Shown here one piece after another: positions 18,741 through 29,020 of a DNA stretch of 64,000 bases; position 1 is the stretch's first letter, and each line of letters opens with the position of its first letter. The position numbers and the translations under genes are program-made. The notes under the pieces were generated by a model. That model made no database searches. It was not told where the DNA came from and saw only the letters and a list, made by a program, of their open reading frames with translations. The DNA is from an uncultured Chloroflexia bacterium (lineage in GTDB: Bacteria > Chloroflexota > Limnocylindria > Limnocylindrales > CSP1-4), in NCBI GenBank assembly GCA_963734535.1, contig CAVTHS010000004.1, positions 128,001 to 192,000 of the forward strand. Reading direction: 5' to 3'.

Positions 18741-18959
18741 CCCGCCGACGGCCCATGTATCCTGTGACGGTCATGGATGCACGCGAGATGATGAACGTGG
18801 GCCTCGGGCACGCGTCGCTGGTGGTGGCGGCCAGCGACGGCCCGGGTGGATGAGGCAGGACCGAACTCCTCCCTGCTTCCCGACCCGCCGGCTCGACGCC
18901 GCTGCTGACCTTCCAGTCCATCTGACCCCGCGCTCCCGCGCGACCGGGGCGGCCTGACC

Positions 18960-20225
18960 GTGGACGTCTTCCTGGCCGGCGGCGTCTTCCTGGTCGCCTA
19001 CGCACTCATCGCGTCCGAGCGATTTGACCGGACCCTGATCGCCCTGCTCGGCGGTCTGCTGGTCGTCGCCCTCGGCGTCATCGACCAGGAGGAGGCGTTT
19101 GCGGCGATCGACTTCAACGTCATCTTCCTGCTGGCCGGGATGATGGTCCTCGCCGGTGGCCTGGCGACGACGGGCTTCTTCGAGTTCGTCGCCGGCCACG
19201 CCATCCACCTCTCGCGTGGCGAGCCTTTTCGCCTGCTGGTCATCCTGACCCTCGTCACGGCGGCCCTCGCGGCGCTCCTCGACAACGTGACGACGGTCGT
19301 CCTCCTGACCCCTGTCACGCTCTCGATCGCGCGGACGCTGAGGGTGTCGCCCTTCCCGTACCTGATCAGCCAGATCTTCGCCTCGAACATCGGCGGCACG
19401 GCCACGCTCATCGGGGATCCGCCGAACATCCTCATCGGCTCGGCGGCCGGCCTCGACTTCGGCGACTTCCTGCTCAACCTCGCGCCGGTGGTGCTCCTGA
19501 TCATGGTCGCCTTCCTGGTGATCATGCGGTTGGCCTTCGCCCGACACATGGACGACGACGCCGACCGCCTGGACATCCTCGCCACCGTGGATCCCGGCGC
19601 CGCCATCAGGGACCGGCCATTGATGATCCGGGCGCTGGTCGTCCTGGGCCTGACGATCGTCGGGTTCCTGTTCCACTCGCTCCTCGGACTTGAGGCCGCC
19701 ACGATCGCCCTGCTCGGTGCCACCGTCCTGATGATCGTTGGCGGGCTCGATCCGCACGAGGCGCTGCGCGACATCGAGTGGAGCACGCTCTTCTTCTTCG
19801 TCGGCCTGTTCATGCTCATCGAGGCTGTCGTCCACGTCGGCATCATCGGCGGGATCGCCGACGCCCTGGCCAATGCGACCGGCGGGAGCCTGACTGTGGC
19901 GACGATGGGAACTCTTTGGTTCTCGGCGCTGGCCTCGGCCGTTGTCGACAACATCCCGTACACCGCGACGGCCATCCCGATCGTCCAGCAACTGGCAGAC
20001 ACCGGCCTCAAGGCGGATCCGATGTGGTGGGCGTTGGCACTCGGCGCCTGCCTGGGCGGAAACCTGACCATCGTCGGCGCCTCGGCGAACATCGTGGTCG
20101 CCAACCTGGCCGCGCGTGACGGCCACCCGATCACGTTCATGCAGTTCCTCCGCTACGGACTGGGCGTCGTCGTGGTTTCACTTCTCATCTCGACCGGGTA
20201 CCTCTGGATCCGCTACCTGGGGTGA
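18960..20225 (+). CDS. ArsB/NhaD (SLC13/CitMHS-like) permease
   Basis: LDNVTT, SNIGGTATLIGDPPNI, VDNIP, LGGNLTIVGASAN motifs. Confidence 0.9.
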   Translation: MDVFLAGGVFLVAYALIASERFDRTLIALLGGLLVVALGVIDQEEAFAAIDFNVIFLLAGMMVLAGGLATTGFFEFVAGHAIHLSRGEPFRLLVILTLVTAALAALLDNVTTVVLLTPVTLSIARTLRVSPFPYLISQIFASNIGGTATLIGDPPNILIGSAAGLDFGDFLLNLAPVVLLIMVAFLVIMRLAFARHMDDDADRLDILATVDPGAAIRDRPLMIRALVVLGLTIVGFLFHSLLGLEAATIALLGATVLMIVGGLDPHEALRDIEWSTLFFFVGLFMLIEAVVHVGIIGGIADALANATGGSLTVATMGTLWFSALASAVVDNIPYTATAIPIVQQLADTGLKADPMWWALALGACLGGNLTIVGASANIVVANLAARDGHPITFMQFLRYGLGVVVVSLLISTGYLWIRYLG

Positions 20226-20497
20226 TGGACCTGCGTGACCAAGGAGAACCGATCGGCCGCGGGCAGCTGGATCGTCGCGGGGCGGATGCACGGGCGTTTC
20301 GGGATGGGCTGTTCAGCGTGGCGTTCTTCACCACGATCTTGCTCGTCAACGGCATCCTCGTGATCCTCCTGATCGGCCTGCTGCAAGCCATCGGCTGGTG
20401 GGAGACGGCGGACGCCGCGCGAGGCCCCGAAGGGCCTTGGCTCTCGCTGTGCGCCAGGGCTGGGACCGGCATGCAAGCCGACGTTCGGCCGGAGTAG
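20222..20497 (+). CDS. Small hypothetical membrane protein
   Basis: Start overlaps permease stop; long hydrophobic segment. Confidence 0.5.
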   Translation: MMDLRDQGEPIGRGQLDRRGADARAFRDGLFSVAFFTTILLVNGILVILLIGLLQAIGWWETADAARGPEGPWLSLCARAGTGMQADVRPE

Positions 20498-20763
20498 CAG
20501 GAGCCTGACGTCCCAGAGATTCCTCGCGTGGCCGTCCCATCCTCAGGGATCTCGGCTGGCGGTAAGCGGACCAGACGCGCCCGTGGAGGCCACGCGAGCC
20601 CGCGTGGCGCCATCTCACGAGCGAAAGCGGGTCCGCGACTCTCCGTGGCTCGACGCGTCCGCTTCGATCGATCTCGCCGAAAGCGATCTCGGCAGGGCAC
20701 GTGTACCGTGGCCGATCAGGGGGCGCGACAGCGCACCCGCTGATCTCCACCTCGAGGTCGATC

Positions 20764-21265
20764 TTGAAACGCCCGGTTATCCTCGTGGCGGTCGTGACAG
20801 CAGCGCTCCTCGCCGGGTGTGCCGGTGGCGGTTCGACAGCTCCGTCCACCTCCGGCGCGCCTTCCAGCTCGGGCGCTGCGCCAGGCCAGCAGTCGGCGGT
20901 GCCGAGTGCGTCCGATCTCCGGATCGTCGGGCGACACTTCTGCCCAGTTCGGCGGAGACGTCTGCTCGGCGCTCACGAAGGCCGACATCGAGGCCGCGAC
21001 CTATCCGCAGGGGGTCGCGACCTTTGATAGCACCGACACCCAGAAGGACGTGACGACCGGAAAGGCCGTCGTCTGCCAATACCTCGTCGTGTTCGCTGGA
21101 AAGCCCTCCATCGTCGGCGCCTTCGTGAACCTCGTGACCGACGACGAGGTCACGCACCGCCAGCAGGTCGCGCTCATCTTCACTCCGGAGCCCGTCAGCG
21201 GAATCGGCACGGAGGCCTCCGTGGTGCAGGCAGCCCCCGGCCTGTACGAGGTCTGGGTGACGTGA
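20764..21265 (+). pseudogene. Lipoprotein, frameshifted near 20910 and probably 3'-truncated
   Basis: GAGGT RBS plus TTG, lipobox LLAGC, Ser/Ala linker; second frame DVCSALTKADIE..CQY..PEPVSGIG ends abruptly. Confidence 0.6.
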
Positions 21266-21266
21266 C

Positions 21267-21428
21267 CAGCTGGAAGATGCCTGCCTGGTCCGGATCGAGA
21301 AGTCGTTCGTCGGCAAGCGCCCCAATACCAGCGCCTCGCTGACCGCGGCCGGCAGGGAGCGGACCGCGGCGCACTGGAAGCAGCTCGACCGGCTGAAGGG
21401 ACGGGCGGCCTCCTCGACGGACCCGTAG
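21267..21428 (+). pseudogene. C-terminal remnant of winged-helix (HTH_34-like) regulator
   Basis: QLEDACLVRIEKSFVGKRPNTSASLTAAGRERTAAHWKQLDRL* with no start or N-terminal half. Confidence 0.6.
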
Positions 21429-21445
21429 TCCGGCCCGAAAGGCGT

Positions 21446-21479
21446 GGGGGCGCCCCGAGCGTTTGCTCAGGGCGCCCCC
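21446..21479. terminator. Strong hairpin between convergent genes
   Basis: GGGGGCGCCC(c)GAGC-gttt-GCTC(a)GGGCGCCCCC. Confidence 0.5.
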
Positions 21480-21567
21480 GCCGGGTGCGTTGACTGGCGA
21501 ACCGTCGGTGAGCCGTCGAGGCGCCGACGGGGTTCTCGGCGGCGCGTCCGCCGAGGGCCGGGATCCG

Positions 21568-23040
21568 TTACGCCCGCCCGGCCGCCAGGTCGTACTGCAG
21601 GTAGACGACGTGGGTCCGGGTGTACTCGAGCACGCCGTACTTGCCGTCCGCGCCGCCGATCCCTGACTTGCGCCAGCCGGCGTGGAACCCCTGCATGTTC
21701 TCCATCATGTTCTCGCGGTTGACGTACGTCTCGCCGAACCGGAGCTCCTTGCACGCTCGCATGATCACGTCGACGTTCTTGGTGAAGATCGACGAGGCGA
21801 GACCGTAGATCGAGTCGTTCGCCCAGGCGATCGCCTCGTCGAGGTCGTGGAACGTGACGACTGGCATCACCGGCCCGAAGATCTCTTCCCGGACGATGGG
21901 CATGTCCTGCCGGCAGTTGGCGATGACGGTCGCCGGATAGTAGTGGCCTTCCGGCTTGTCCTCGGCACGCTTGCCGCCCGTCACGACCTGGCCCCCGTCG
22001 GCGACGGCTCGCTCCACGCGTCCGCTGACTGCGTCGAGCTGCCGTGCGCTCACCATCGGACCCAGGTCGCGACCCTCGTCGACGAGCGCATTCCCGTATG
22101 TTGCCTTGCTCATGGCCGCGGCCAGCCGGTCGGTGAACTCGGCGGCGATGCTTTCGTGCACGTAGGTCCGGTCGGGTGCGCCGCACACCTGGCCCGTGTT
22201 CAGGAGGCGACCCGCCTTGATGGACCTGACCGCGAGGTCCTGGTCGGCGTCCGGCATCACGATGACCGGGTGGCTGCCGCCGAGCTCCAGGCTGACCTTC
22301 GTGATGTTCTGCGCGGCGAGCTCCATGACCCGGGAGCCCGTCCTGATGCTGCCGGTGACGGTCACCATGCCGATGAGCGGGTTCGAGGCCAGCTCCTCGC
22401 CAACGATCGGGCCGTAGCCGCACACGATGTTGGCGACGCCGGCCGGCACGCCCGCCTCGTCGAAGATGCGGCCGAGCTCGAGGGTGCTGTTCGGCGTGAT
22501 CTCGCTCGGCTTCACGACGATGGAGTTGCCCATGAGAAGCGCGGGCGCCACCTTGCGCGCGAGCACGTAGAGCGGGAAGTTCCAGGGCACGATCCCGCCG
22601 ATGACGCCGATGGGCTGCCGCAGGAGCAGCTGCATGTCGTTCGGCTCGTCGCTGGCGATGACCTCGCCCTCGACGCGGCGCGCCCACTCCGCCGTGTAGT
22701 CGAAGTAGTTCGCCGTGCCGTTCGCCTCACCCCGGGCCTGGTCCAGGGGCTTCCCCTGCTCCTCGGACAGGACGTGGGCGAGGTGGTCGGCGTCCTTCCG
22801 GATCCCCGCGGCGATCTTGTGGAGGACGTTCGCCCGCTCGATCGGGGCCAGCTTCTCCCACTTCCGCTGGGCTTTGTCGGCGAGCTCGATCGCCTCCCGC
22901 GCGTCCTCGACCGACGAATCGGGGACGTTCGAGACCGCCGCGCCGGTGGCCGGGTTCTCGACCGCCAGCGTCTTCTCGCCCGAGGCGCTGACGAAGCGAC
23001 CGTTCACGTAGTTCTGGTAGAGGCGGGTAGCGACAGCCAT
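21568..23040 (-). CDS. aldA: NAD-dependent aldehyde dehydrogenase (lactaldehyde/glycolaldehyde AldA type)
   Basis: PWNFP, ELGG, GQVC, EEIFGP; C-terminal MQGFHAGWRKSGIGGADGK typical of AldA. Confidence 0.9.
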   Translation of the reverse strand: MAVATRLYQNYVNGRFVSASGEKTLAVENPATGAAVSNVPDSSVEDAREAIELADKAQRKWEKLAPIERANVLHKIAAGIRKDADHLAHVLSEEQGKPLDQARGEANGTANYFDYTAEWARRVEGEVIASDEPNDMQLLLRQPIGVIGGIVPWNFPLYVLARKVAPALLMGNSIVVKPSEITPNSTLELGRIFDEAGVPAGVANIVCGYGPIVGEELASNPLIGMVTVTGSIRTGSRVMELAAQNITKVSLELGGSHPVIVMPDADQDLAVRSIKAGRLLNTGQVCGAPDRTYVHESIAAEFTDRLAAAMSKATYGNALVDEGRDLGPMVSARQLDAVSGRVERAVADGGQVVTGGKRAEDKPEGHYYPATVIANCRQDMPIVREEIFGPVMPVVTFHDLDEAIAWANDSIYGLASSIFTKNVDVIMRACKELRFGETYVNRENMMENMQGFHAGWRKSGIGGADGKYGVLEYTRTHVVYLQYDLAAGRA

Positions 23041-23161
23041 CGTGATCCTCCGTGTTGACCGGCCGCATCCTGGGGGCGCGGCCACGACCGTGGGTGGCAG
23101 TGCGCGGAGCGGGGTCAGCCCTCCACCCGCTCCGCGCCCGCCGTTGACATCAGACGCAGAC

Positions 23162-24298
23162 CTAGCCGAGGACGAGCGCCGACAGGCTCAGGTCGGCATG
23201 GGTGGGGCTTCCGGGCTCCGAGCAGCCCTGCTCGCCGAAGGCGAGATAGCCAATCGTGGGCAGGACGCCGACGGTGTGCTCGAGTTCGCCCGGGATCTCC
23301 CGGATCCGGTCGCCGAGCGCGATCGCGCGGCCACCGCAATGGGCCAGCAGGACGGCCTTGGGGTGCTTCACGCCCTTGGCCGCCTCGTGGACGGCATTGC
23401 CGGCCTCCGCGACCAGCCCGTTCACCGATGCCTCGCCCAGCTCCAGCTCCATCCCGTCTTCCATGGCCGCCCCGAAGTCCATCGAGCCGTCCGCGTTGCT
23501 GTTGACCGGGTGGGCGGAGTAGGCGATCCCGCCGTGCCGGAACAGCAGGGGATACTGGACGCTGAACGAGACGAGGGCGCCGCCGCCGATCTCGGATTCG
23601 GGCTTGGCCACCCACTCGGAGTAGACGTCCATCGCGCGCCGGCCGTCGAGCTCGAACACCTTCCGGCCCGAGGCCCGGGTCACCTTGGCCTTCTTGCCCG
23701 TGACCCGATAGCCGTTGGTGAACGCGTAGCCGACCTCGCCGCCGAGGGCGGCGACGGCCAGGTGGTCCTTGAACGCGTGGCCGTTGGCGATCTGCTGGAA
23801 CTTGCTCTCCGCAGCGTGGTCCGAAGCAGAACCGCCGACAACCGGCACGCCCGGGGCCACACTTGCGATCCCGCGCAGCAGCTCCTCCTCCGGCCCCATG
23901 AAGGCGAGGGTCAGCAGCGCCCCTGGGGTGCTGCCGAGCTGCTTCACGACCTCTTCGGCAGCCTTCCTGCCGGCGGCGAAGGCGTCATCGCCAACGGGCA
24001 CGACCGCGACCGCCCCCGCCCGGTCGGCGATCAGCATCAGGCTGGCCGCCCCGCCGGCGCTCGTGACCCAGCCGTCGTCCCGGAACACGCCGGTGGACGA
24101 CGAGCCGCCCCACATGGGGATTCCGCCGAGCAGCTCGGAGACGCTGCTCGCAAGGGCATCCGTGTCGTACTGCGACGTGGCGAAGAGGATGGCCAGGGTC
24201 GGGGCGCCTTCCAGCCCGGCCTTCGCCTGTGAGACGAGTTCGGCTGCCGCCGCCCGCGGATCCGTGGACGTCGTGCTGCCGGTTCCAATGCCGCTCAT
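23162..24298 (-). CDS. Stand-alone FIST N/C domain protein
   Basis: ILFATSQYD, GGSSSTG, PVVGGSASD, VFELDGRRA, CGGR, GYLAFGEQ. Confidence 0.85.
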   Translation of the reverse strand: MSGIGTGSTTSTDPRAAAAELVSQAKAGLEGAPTLAILFATSQYDTDALASSVSELLGGIPMWGGSSSTGVFRDDGWVTSAGGAASLMLIADRAGAVAVVPVGDDAFAAGRKAAEEVVKQLGSTPGALLTLAFMGPEEELLRGIASVAPGVPVVGGSASDHAAESKFQQIANGHAFKDHLAVAALGGEVGYAFTNGYRVTGKKAKVTRASGRKVFELDGRRAMDVYSEWVAKPESEIGGGALVSFSVQYPLLFRHGGIAYSAHPVNSNADGSMDFGAAMEDGMELELGEASVNGLVAEAGNAVHEAAKGVKHPKAVLLAHCGGRAIALGDRIREIPGELEHTVGVLPTIGYLAFGEQGCSEPGSPTHADLSLSALVLG

Positions 24299-25707
24299 GA
24301 GAGTGCCTCCTGCAACGTTTCCGGACTGATCTGCCTGGAGCCCGGCAGCTGTCCGGTTTGACTGATCTGGCCGAGGATCGCCGCCCCGAGCAGCGAAGAC
24401 TGGTCCTGGAACTGGTACTCGAAGTCGCCGGTCCAGCGCCGCCTGGCTTCGAGCATCCCCCGAATCCTGGCCCCGCCGCCGGAGATCCCCACCCTGTGGC
24501 CGAGATCGACGACCTCGGCGACTTCTGCGAGATGCCCGCCCAGGTATCTCGCGTTGCCGCGGACGACGCTGAGCAACAGGTCGTCGCGCGTGGTCTGGAG
24601 CGTCAGGCCGCTGAAGCGGCCGGTAAGAGGCTCGAGGGAGTACCGGCTGCCGCCGATGTAGGGGACGTACTCGGGGAGATCGGCTTCACGGGCGTCCGGA
24701 TCCGGACCCAGGAGGAACGCATCAAGCACGCCGGGAACGTAGTGGCCGTAGAACTCGTCGGCGTCCAGCTCGCTGCAGGCGGTCCGGCGGAACCAGTCCA
24801 GCGCCTCGCCGCCCGCATTCAGCACGAAGAACGTGAGCCACCGACCCGGGATGACGTGGCAGCGGACGTTGAAGGTTGGGGATGCGATGGGGCGGTCGGT
24901 GCACACGCTGGCGATGTCGCACGTCCCGCTGATGATGTTGATGTCGCCGCGCTCGGTGAGGCCCCCGGAGAAGGCGGCGAGCACCGCGTCGTTGCCACCG
25001 CAGAGGACCGTGCAGCCGCGAGGCAGGCCAAGCTCGTCGGCGACGGCGGGCCGGATGGGACCGACCGGCTCATGGGACTGCCGCAGCGGCGGCAGCATGC
25101 CCTCGTCGATGCCGGCCAGACCGAGGACCGCCTGGTTCCAGGTGAGGTCGTTGCTCGCCGTGTTGTAGAGGCCGGTGATCGAGGTCGTCGACGGATCGAT
25201 CGCCCAGCGGCCGGTCATCCGCTTGACGAGATAGGTGTTGCAGTGGCCGAACTTCGCGGTCGCCGCCCAGATGTCCGGGCGCTCGTCCCGGAACCAGAGC
25301 ATGGACGACAGCGACGAGCCGCCGGACACGGGAAGATTGCACGTCTCGGCCAGGAACCTCCTCTCTCCCACAAGGGCACGGATGGCGGCCGACTGCGTGC
25401 GCGACCGCCCGTCAAGGAACAGGACGGCAGGCGCGAGCGCCGTGCCGTCGCCCGCCATCGGCGTGAGTCCCGGAGTGGTGACCGACAGGGAGACGACCTC
25501 CACGCCGGCGAGGCTGGGGGACGCCTCCGCGCAGCACTCGCGCAGCGCCTCCCACCAGACCGCAGGGTCGACGTCCGCCTTGCCGTGGTCGTAGAGGTGC
25601 GGGGCGTAACGGCGCTGCGCCTCGGATCGCTTCACCAGGTCGGCACTGAAGACGGCGATCTTGAGGGCGGTCGTCCCGACGTCGATGGCGAGGATGTCTC
25701 CGCTCAC
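24295..25707 (-). CDS. FGGY-family carbohydrate kinase
   Basis: AIDVGTTALK, LDGRS, GGND, ISGT, PYIGGSR, SGGGAR. Confidence 0.88.
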   Translation of the reverse strand: MSGDILAIDVGTTALKIAVFSADLVKRSEAQRRYAPHLYDHGKADVDPAVWWEALRECCAEASPSLAGVEVVSLSVTTPGLTPMAGDGTALAPAVLFLDGRSRTQSAAIRALVGERRFLAETCNLPVSGGSSLSSMLWFRDERPDIWAATAKFGHCNTYLVKRMTGRWAIDPSTTSITGLYNTASNDLTWNQAVLGLAGIDEGMLPPLRQSHEPVGPIRPAVADELGLPRGCTVLCGGNDAVLAAFSGGLTERGDINIISGTCDIASVCTDRPIASPTFNVRCHVIPGRWLTFFVLNAGGEALDWFRRTACSELDADEFYGHYVPGVLDAFLLGPDPDAREADLPEYVPYIGGSRYSLEPLTGRFSGLTLQTTRDDLLLSVVRGNARYLGGHLAEVAEVVDLGHRVGISGGGARIRGMLEARRRWTGDFEYQFQDQSSLLGAAILGQISQTGQLPGSRQISPETLQEALS

Positions 25708-26610
25708 GACAGGAGTCCCTCGGCGCTGAGGAGCGCCTTCAAGGCCTGGACCTGTCCCGAGTCGAGCGGAAGCAACGGTCGTCGCGGGATGCCGCCCCGG
25801 AAGCCTGCCAGCGTCATCGCTGCCTTGACGCCCGCCACCCCATGGGTCCCCGAGATCGCCGCGTTGATGCGGCTGACTCGATCCTGGAGCGGGACCCCAT
25901 TCGGCTCGTCGCGGGCACGTCCGTAGCTCGAACAGCTGCAGGGCGAGCTGCGGGAACGAGTTGGCGAGCGAGACCGTGCCGCCGGGCGAGCCGCCCAGCA
26001 TGGCCCGGAACAGGAAGTTGGCCGAGCCCGCCAGCACGTGGAACGAGGGGCCCTGGAAGGGAAGGAAGGCTTCGATGCCACTCGACGCGCTGTCCTTGAG
26101 GCCCACGATGTTTTCGTGGGCTGCGAGGCGTCCAACCAGGTCAGGGCTCAGCGTGACACCGCAGAAGCCCGGCGCGTTGTAGAGGAGAAGCGGGACCCGC
26201 GCGTCGTCCGCCAGGGACGAGAAGAAGCGGTAGAGGACCTCGTCGGTCATCTGCGCCCGGAAGTAGCCCGGCGACAACACGAGCCCGAAATCGGCCCCGA
26301 TATCTGCCGCAGCTGCCAGGAAGCGCTCCGCTTCACGCTGGCCGTCGTACGCGGCCCCGGCGAGGACCACCTGCGCAGGCCCCTTGTGCCCGACGACGGT
26401 CTCGAGCACACGCAGCTTCTCGCCCTCCGCCAGGCTCCGGTTCTCTCCGTTGGACCCAAGCGCGAGATAGCCGAGGATCCCGCTCTGTGCATAGCGCGCG
26501 AGGTTGAACCGGAGGGCGTCGTAGTCCACGTCCTCGTTCGGCGCGAAGGGCGTGCTGATCGGCGCGAATACGCCGGCGAGCCTGGACTGGACATCACGTC
26601 CGGCCATCAC
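25704..26610 (-). CDS. DHDPS/NAL-family aldolase, HOGA-like (frameshift near 25930)
   Basis: TPF, GSNGE, LYNAP, IVGLKDS (Schiff-base Lys); C-terminus GVKAAM..PRRPLLPL in another frame. Confidence 0.85.
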
Positions 26611-27429
26611 GTCGCCTCGCGGATCTCGCGGCGGCCATCCTCGGCCGTCTCGATCGCGTCGGCCCCGAGCTCGCTGGCAATTCCCCCAGCGACAGCCCGC
26701 ACCCGTTCGCCGAAGTACTCGAGCCGATCGTGGATCCGGAAGTGGGGCCCCGCGATGCTGATGGCGCCGACCGGCCTGCCGTCGGCTCCGATGATCGCCG
26801 CTCCCACGCACGCACCGAACGGCTCGTTCTCGCGGTCATCGGTGGAGTAGCCGCGGCACTCCGTCCGCCGGATCTCCTCCCGGAACGTGGCCAGGTCACA
26901 GATCGTCCGATCCGTCCGGGGCAGAAAATCCATGCGTGCGTAGATCCGTTCGCGCTCCACGCCGGGGAGCGCGGCGAGCATGGCCTTGCCCAACGACGTG
27001 GAGTGAAGCGGCATCGTCTGGCCGACCGCGGAGACCAGCTGGATGCTGTTCTCGGCCTCCAGCTTGTCCACGTAGATGATTTGGAGGTCCTCGATCACCC
27101 CAAGGTGCACGGTCTCCCCGAGCTCATCGCGAAGGGCTGTGAGGTGCGGGCGCGCAATGCTCCGGAGATCCAGGCCAATCGTGACGCGGTGGGCCAGCCA
27201 CAGGATCTTGCCGCTGAGGCGATAGCGCCGCGTCGACTCGTTCTGGGTCACGTACCCGGCCTCGACGAGCGTCCGAAGGAGGCGTGTCACGGTGGCCTTG
27301 TCGAGGCCCAGCCTGCTGGCCGATTGCCGATGGGCCGAGCCCGTACCCGTCTCCGCGCGCCAGCGTCTCCATGACATCGAGGCCGCGACTGAGGGTCCGA
27401 GTCACCGCTGTTTCACCTAGTGAACTCAC
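26607..27429 (-). CDS. IclR-family regulator (frameshift near 27315; start approximate)
   Basis: TLSRGLDVMETL in one frame, LGLDKATVTRLLRTL, GETVHLG, PLHSTSLGKAMLA in another; TATAAT at 27453-27448. Confidence 0.85.
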
Positions 27430-27661
27430 GGTACGGTGTGCGCACTCATTATAGCGGCCGTTCAAGCCCGGGGTGGGTAGTCCGCGCAACTCCTGGAATG
27501 CCTCGGGCCGGTGCGTACATGAGCTTGCCGTCGTGCGGTATGTCGGCAGCCCACAGGACCCCATAGGCCTTTCAGTCGATTCCCCGCCGGGGCCGGCGTG
27601 TGCACACTGCAGACAGGGCCACGGTCCATCCCACGGCAGGTTCTGGCGTGGTGTTGAGCCC

Positions 27662-28984
27662 GTGAACGCTTGGGATGTGGTGTTGGGCACGCTCGCCGAA
27701 GAGGCGCGATTGCGACTTCAGCGGCTCCGGAGTCTCCTCGAGGCTAAGGAGTACTTCGACGTGGGCGCGAGCGCGCGCTTCAGGGCCGTCCACCGTCGCG
27801 TGACCTGGCAGGCGAGCAGGGCCGCGATGTTGGTCATCGGATTCGGGGCGCCGCTTCACGTCGTTGTTCTCACGATCCTCCATCCGTCCGCATTCGTCCC
27901 GATCGCGATGGTCGACACTGTGCTCGCTGCGGCGGCAGCGCTCGGTTGGTGGTGCCTTGGTGGTGTACTGCGACACTGGCCCGAGCCCGTCGCTTTCGTC
28001 ATGAGCCTGGCAGTCGGGGCAGCGGCGATGCTCCTGGCGGTCTCTGGTCCTCACCTCGTCGCACTGGCGGTCGGATACCTGCTCTTCATCCCGCCGGTCG
28101 TAGCGCTCGTCGTCCCATGGCGCAGCCAGGCGGAGGTTCGCTGGCTGGCCGTCTACGGGGCTGCCGTCATGGTCTTCCTCGCGACCGTCGCCCCGGATGG
28201 CTGGCCTGCCGCCGCCGAGCGACGCGACCTGGTCGTCGCGCTGCTGGTGTCGCTGGCGGCGGCCTTCACCGGCCACGCGCTGGTGTTCCGGCGCCAGGTG
28301 CGCAGCTTCGCGCAGGTCCAGGCCCTCGGAAGGCTTCAGCGCCGTGAAACGCGCCAGTGGGCCGAGCTCCAGCGGGTCCACAGCTCGCTGGAGGTTATCG
28401 CTCGCACCGACGATCTGACGGGCACCGGCAACCGCAAGAAGCTCGACGAGGATCTCAGAATCGCCCGCGGTCGTCTTGCCCGCACAGGTGGCCGCTTCGG
28501 GCTCCTGGAGATCGACCTTGATCACTTCAAGGCGATCAACGACACCTTCGGTCATGTTGCCGGTGACGAGATCCTTCGGCGGGTCTCCAGCGCCCTGCGC
28601 GACGCCGTTCGCAGCGACGATGCCGTGTATCGCTTCGGTGGGGAGGAGTTTCTCGTTCTCCTTGGCAACGTGTCGGGCGGTGTTCTCAGCGCAGGTGAAC
28701 GGGTCCGCGAGGCCGTCGAGGACCTGGGCCTGCTCCATCCTGCGAACGCGCCGTTCGAGCACGTGACGGTCAGTGTCGGCGCGTCCTTGATCAGTCGGGC
28801 CGACCTCGCTGCGAGCAATGACGAGTGGTTCAGTCGCGTCGACGTCGCGCTGTACCAGGCGAAAGCCGATGGGCGCAACCGTGTCGCCGTCGCGCAGCCA
28901 ACCGCGGCGATCGTCGAGGTCCGCACGCTCCGGGCGAATGCGGCGCCTGTCCCCAGGGTCCCGTCCCTCCAGTACCTCCCGTAG
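27662..28984 (+). CDS. Membrane-bound diguanylate cyclase (start uncertain)
   Basis: Several TM helices; TDDLTG..NR, DLDHFKAINDTFGH, I-site RSDD, RFGGEEF, ALYQAKADGRN. Confidence 0.9.
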   Translation: MNAWDVVLGTLAEEARLRLQRLRSLLEAKEYFDVGASARFRAVHRRVTWQASRAAMLVIGFGAPLHVVVLTILHPSAFVPIAMVDTVLAAAAALGWWCLGGVLRHWPEPVAFVMSLAVGAAAMLLAVSGPHLVALAVGYLLFIPPVVALVVPWRSQAEVRWLAVYGAAVMVFLATVAPDGWPAAAERRDLVVALLVSLAAAFTGHALVFRRQVRSFAQVQALGRLQRRETRQWAELQRVHSSLEVIARTDDLTGTGNRKKLDEDLRIARGRLARTGGRFGLLEIDLDHFKAINDTFGHVAGDEILRRVSSALRDAVRSDDAVYRFGGEEFLVLLGNVSGGVLSAGERVREAVEDLGLLHPANAPFEHVTVSVGASLISRADLAASNDEWFSRVDVALYQAKADGRNRVAVAQPTAAIVEVRTLRANAAPVPRVPSLQYLP

Positions 28985-29020
28985 CGACGCCACCGTGGAT
29001 TCGCTGAGAGAGCAGGCGAC

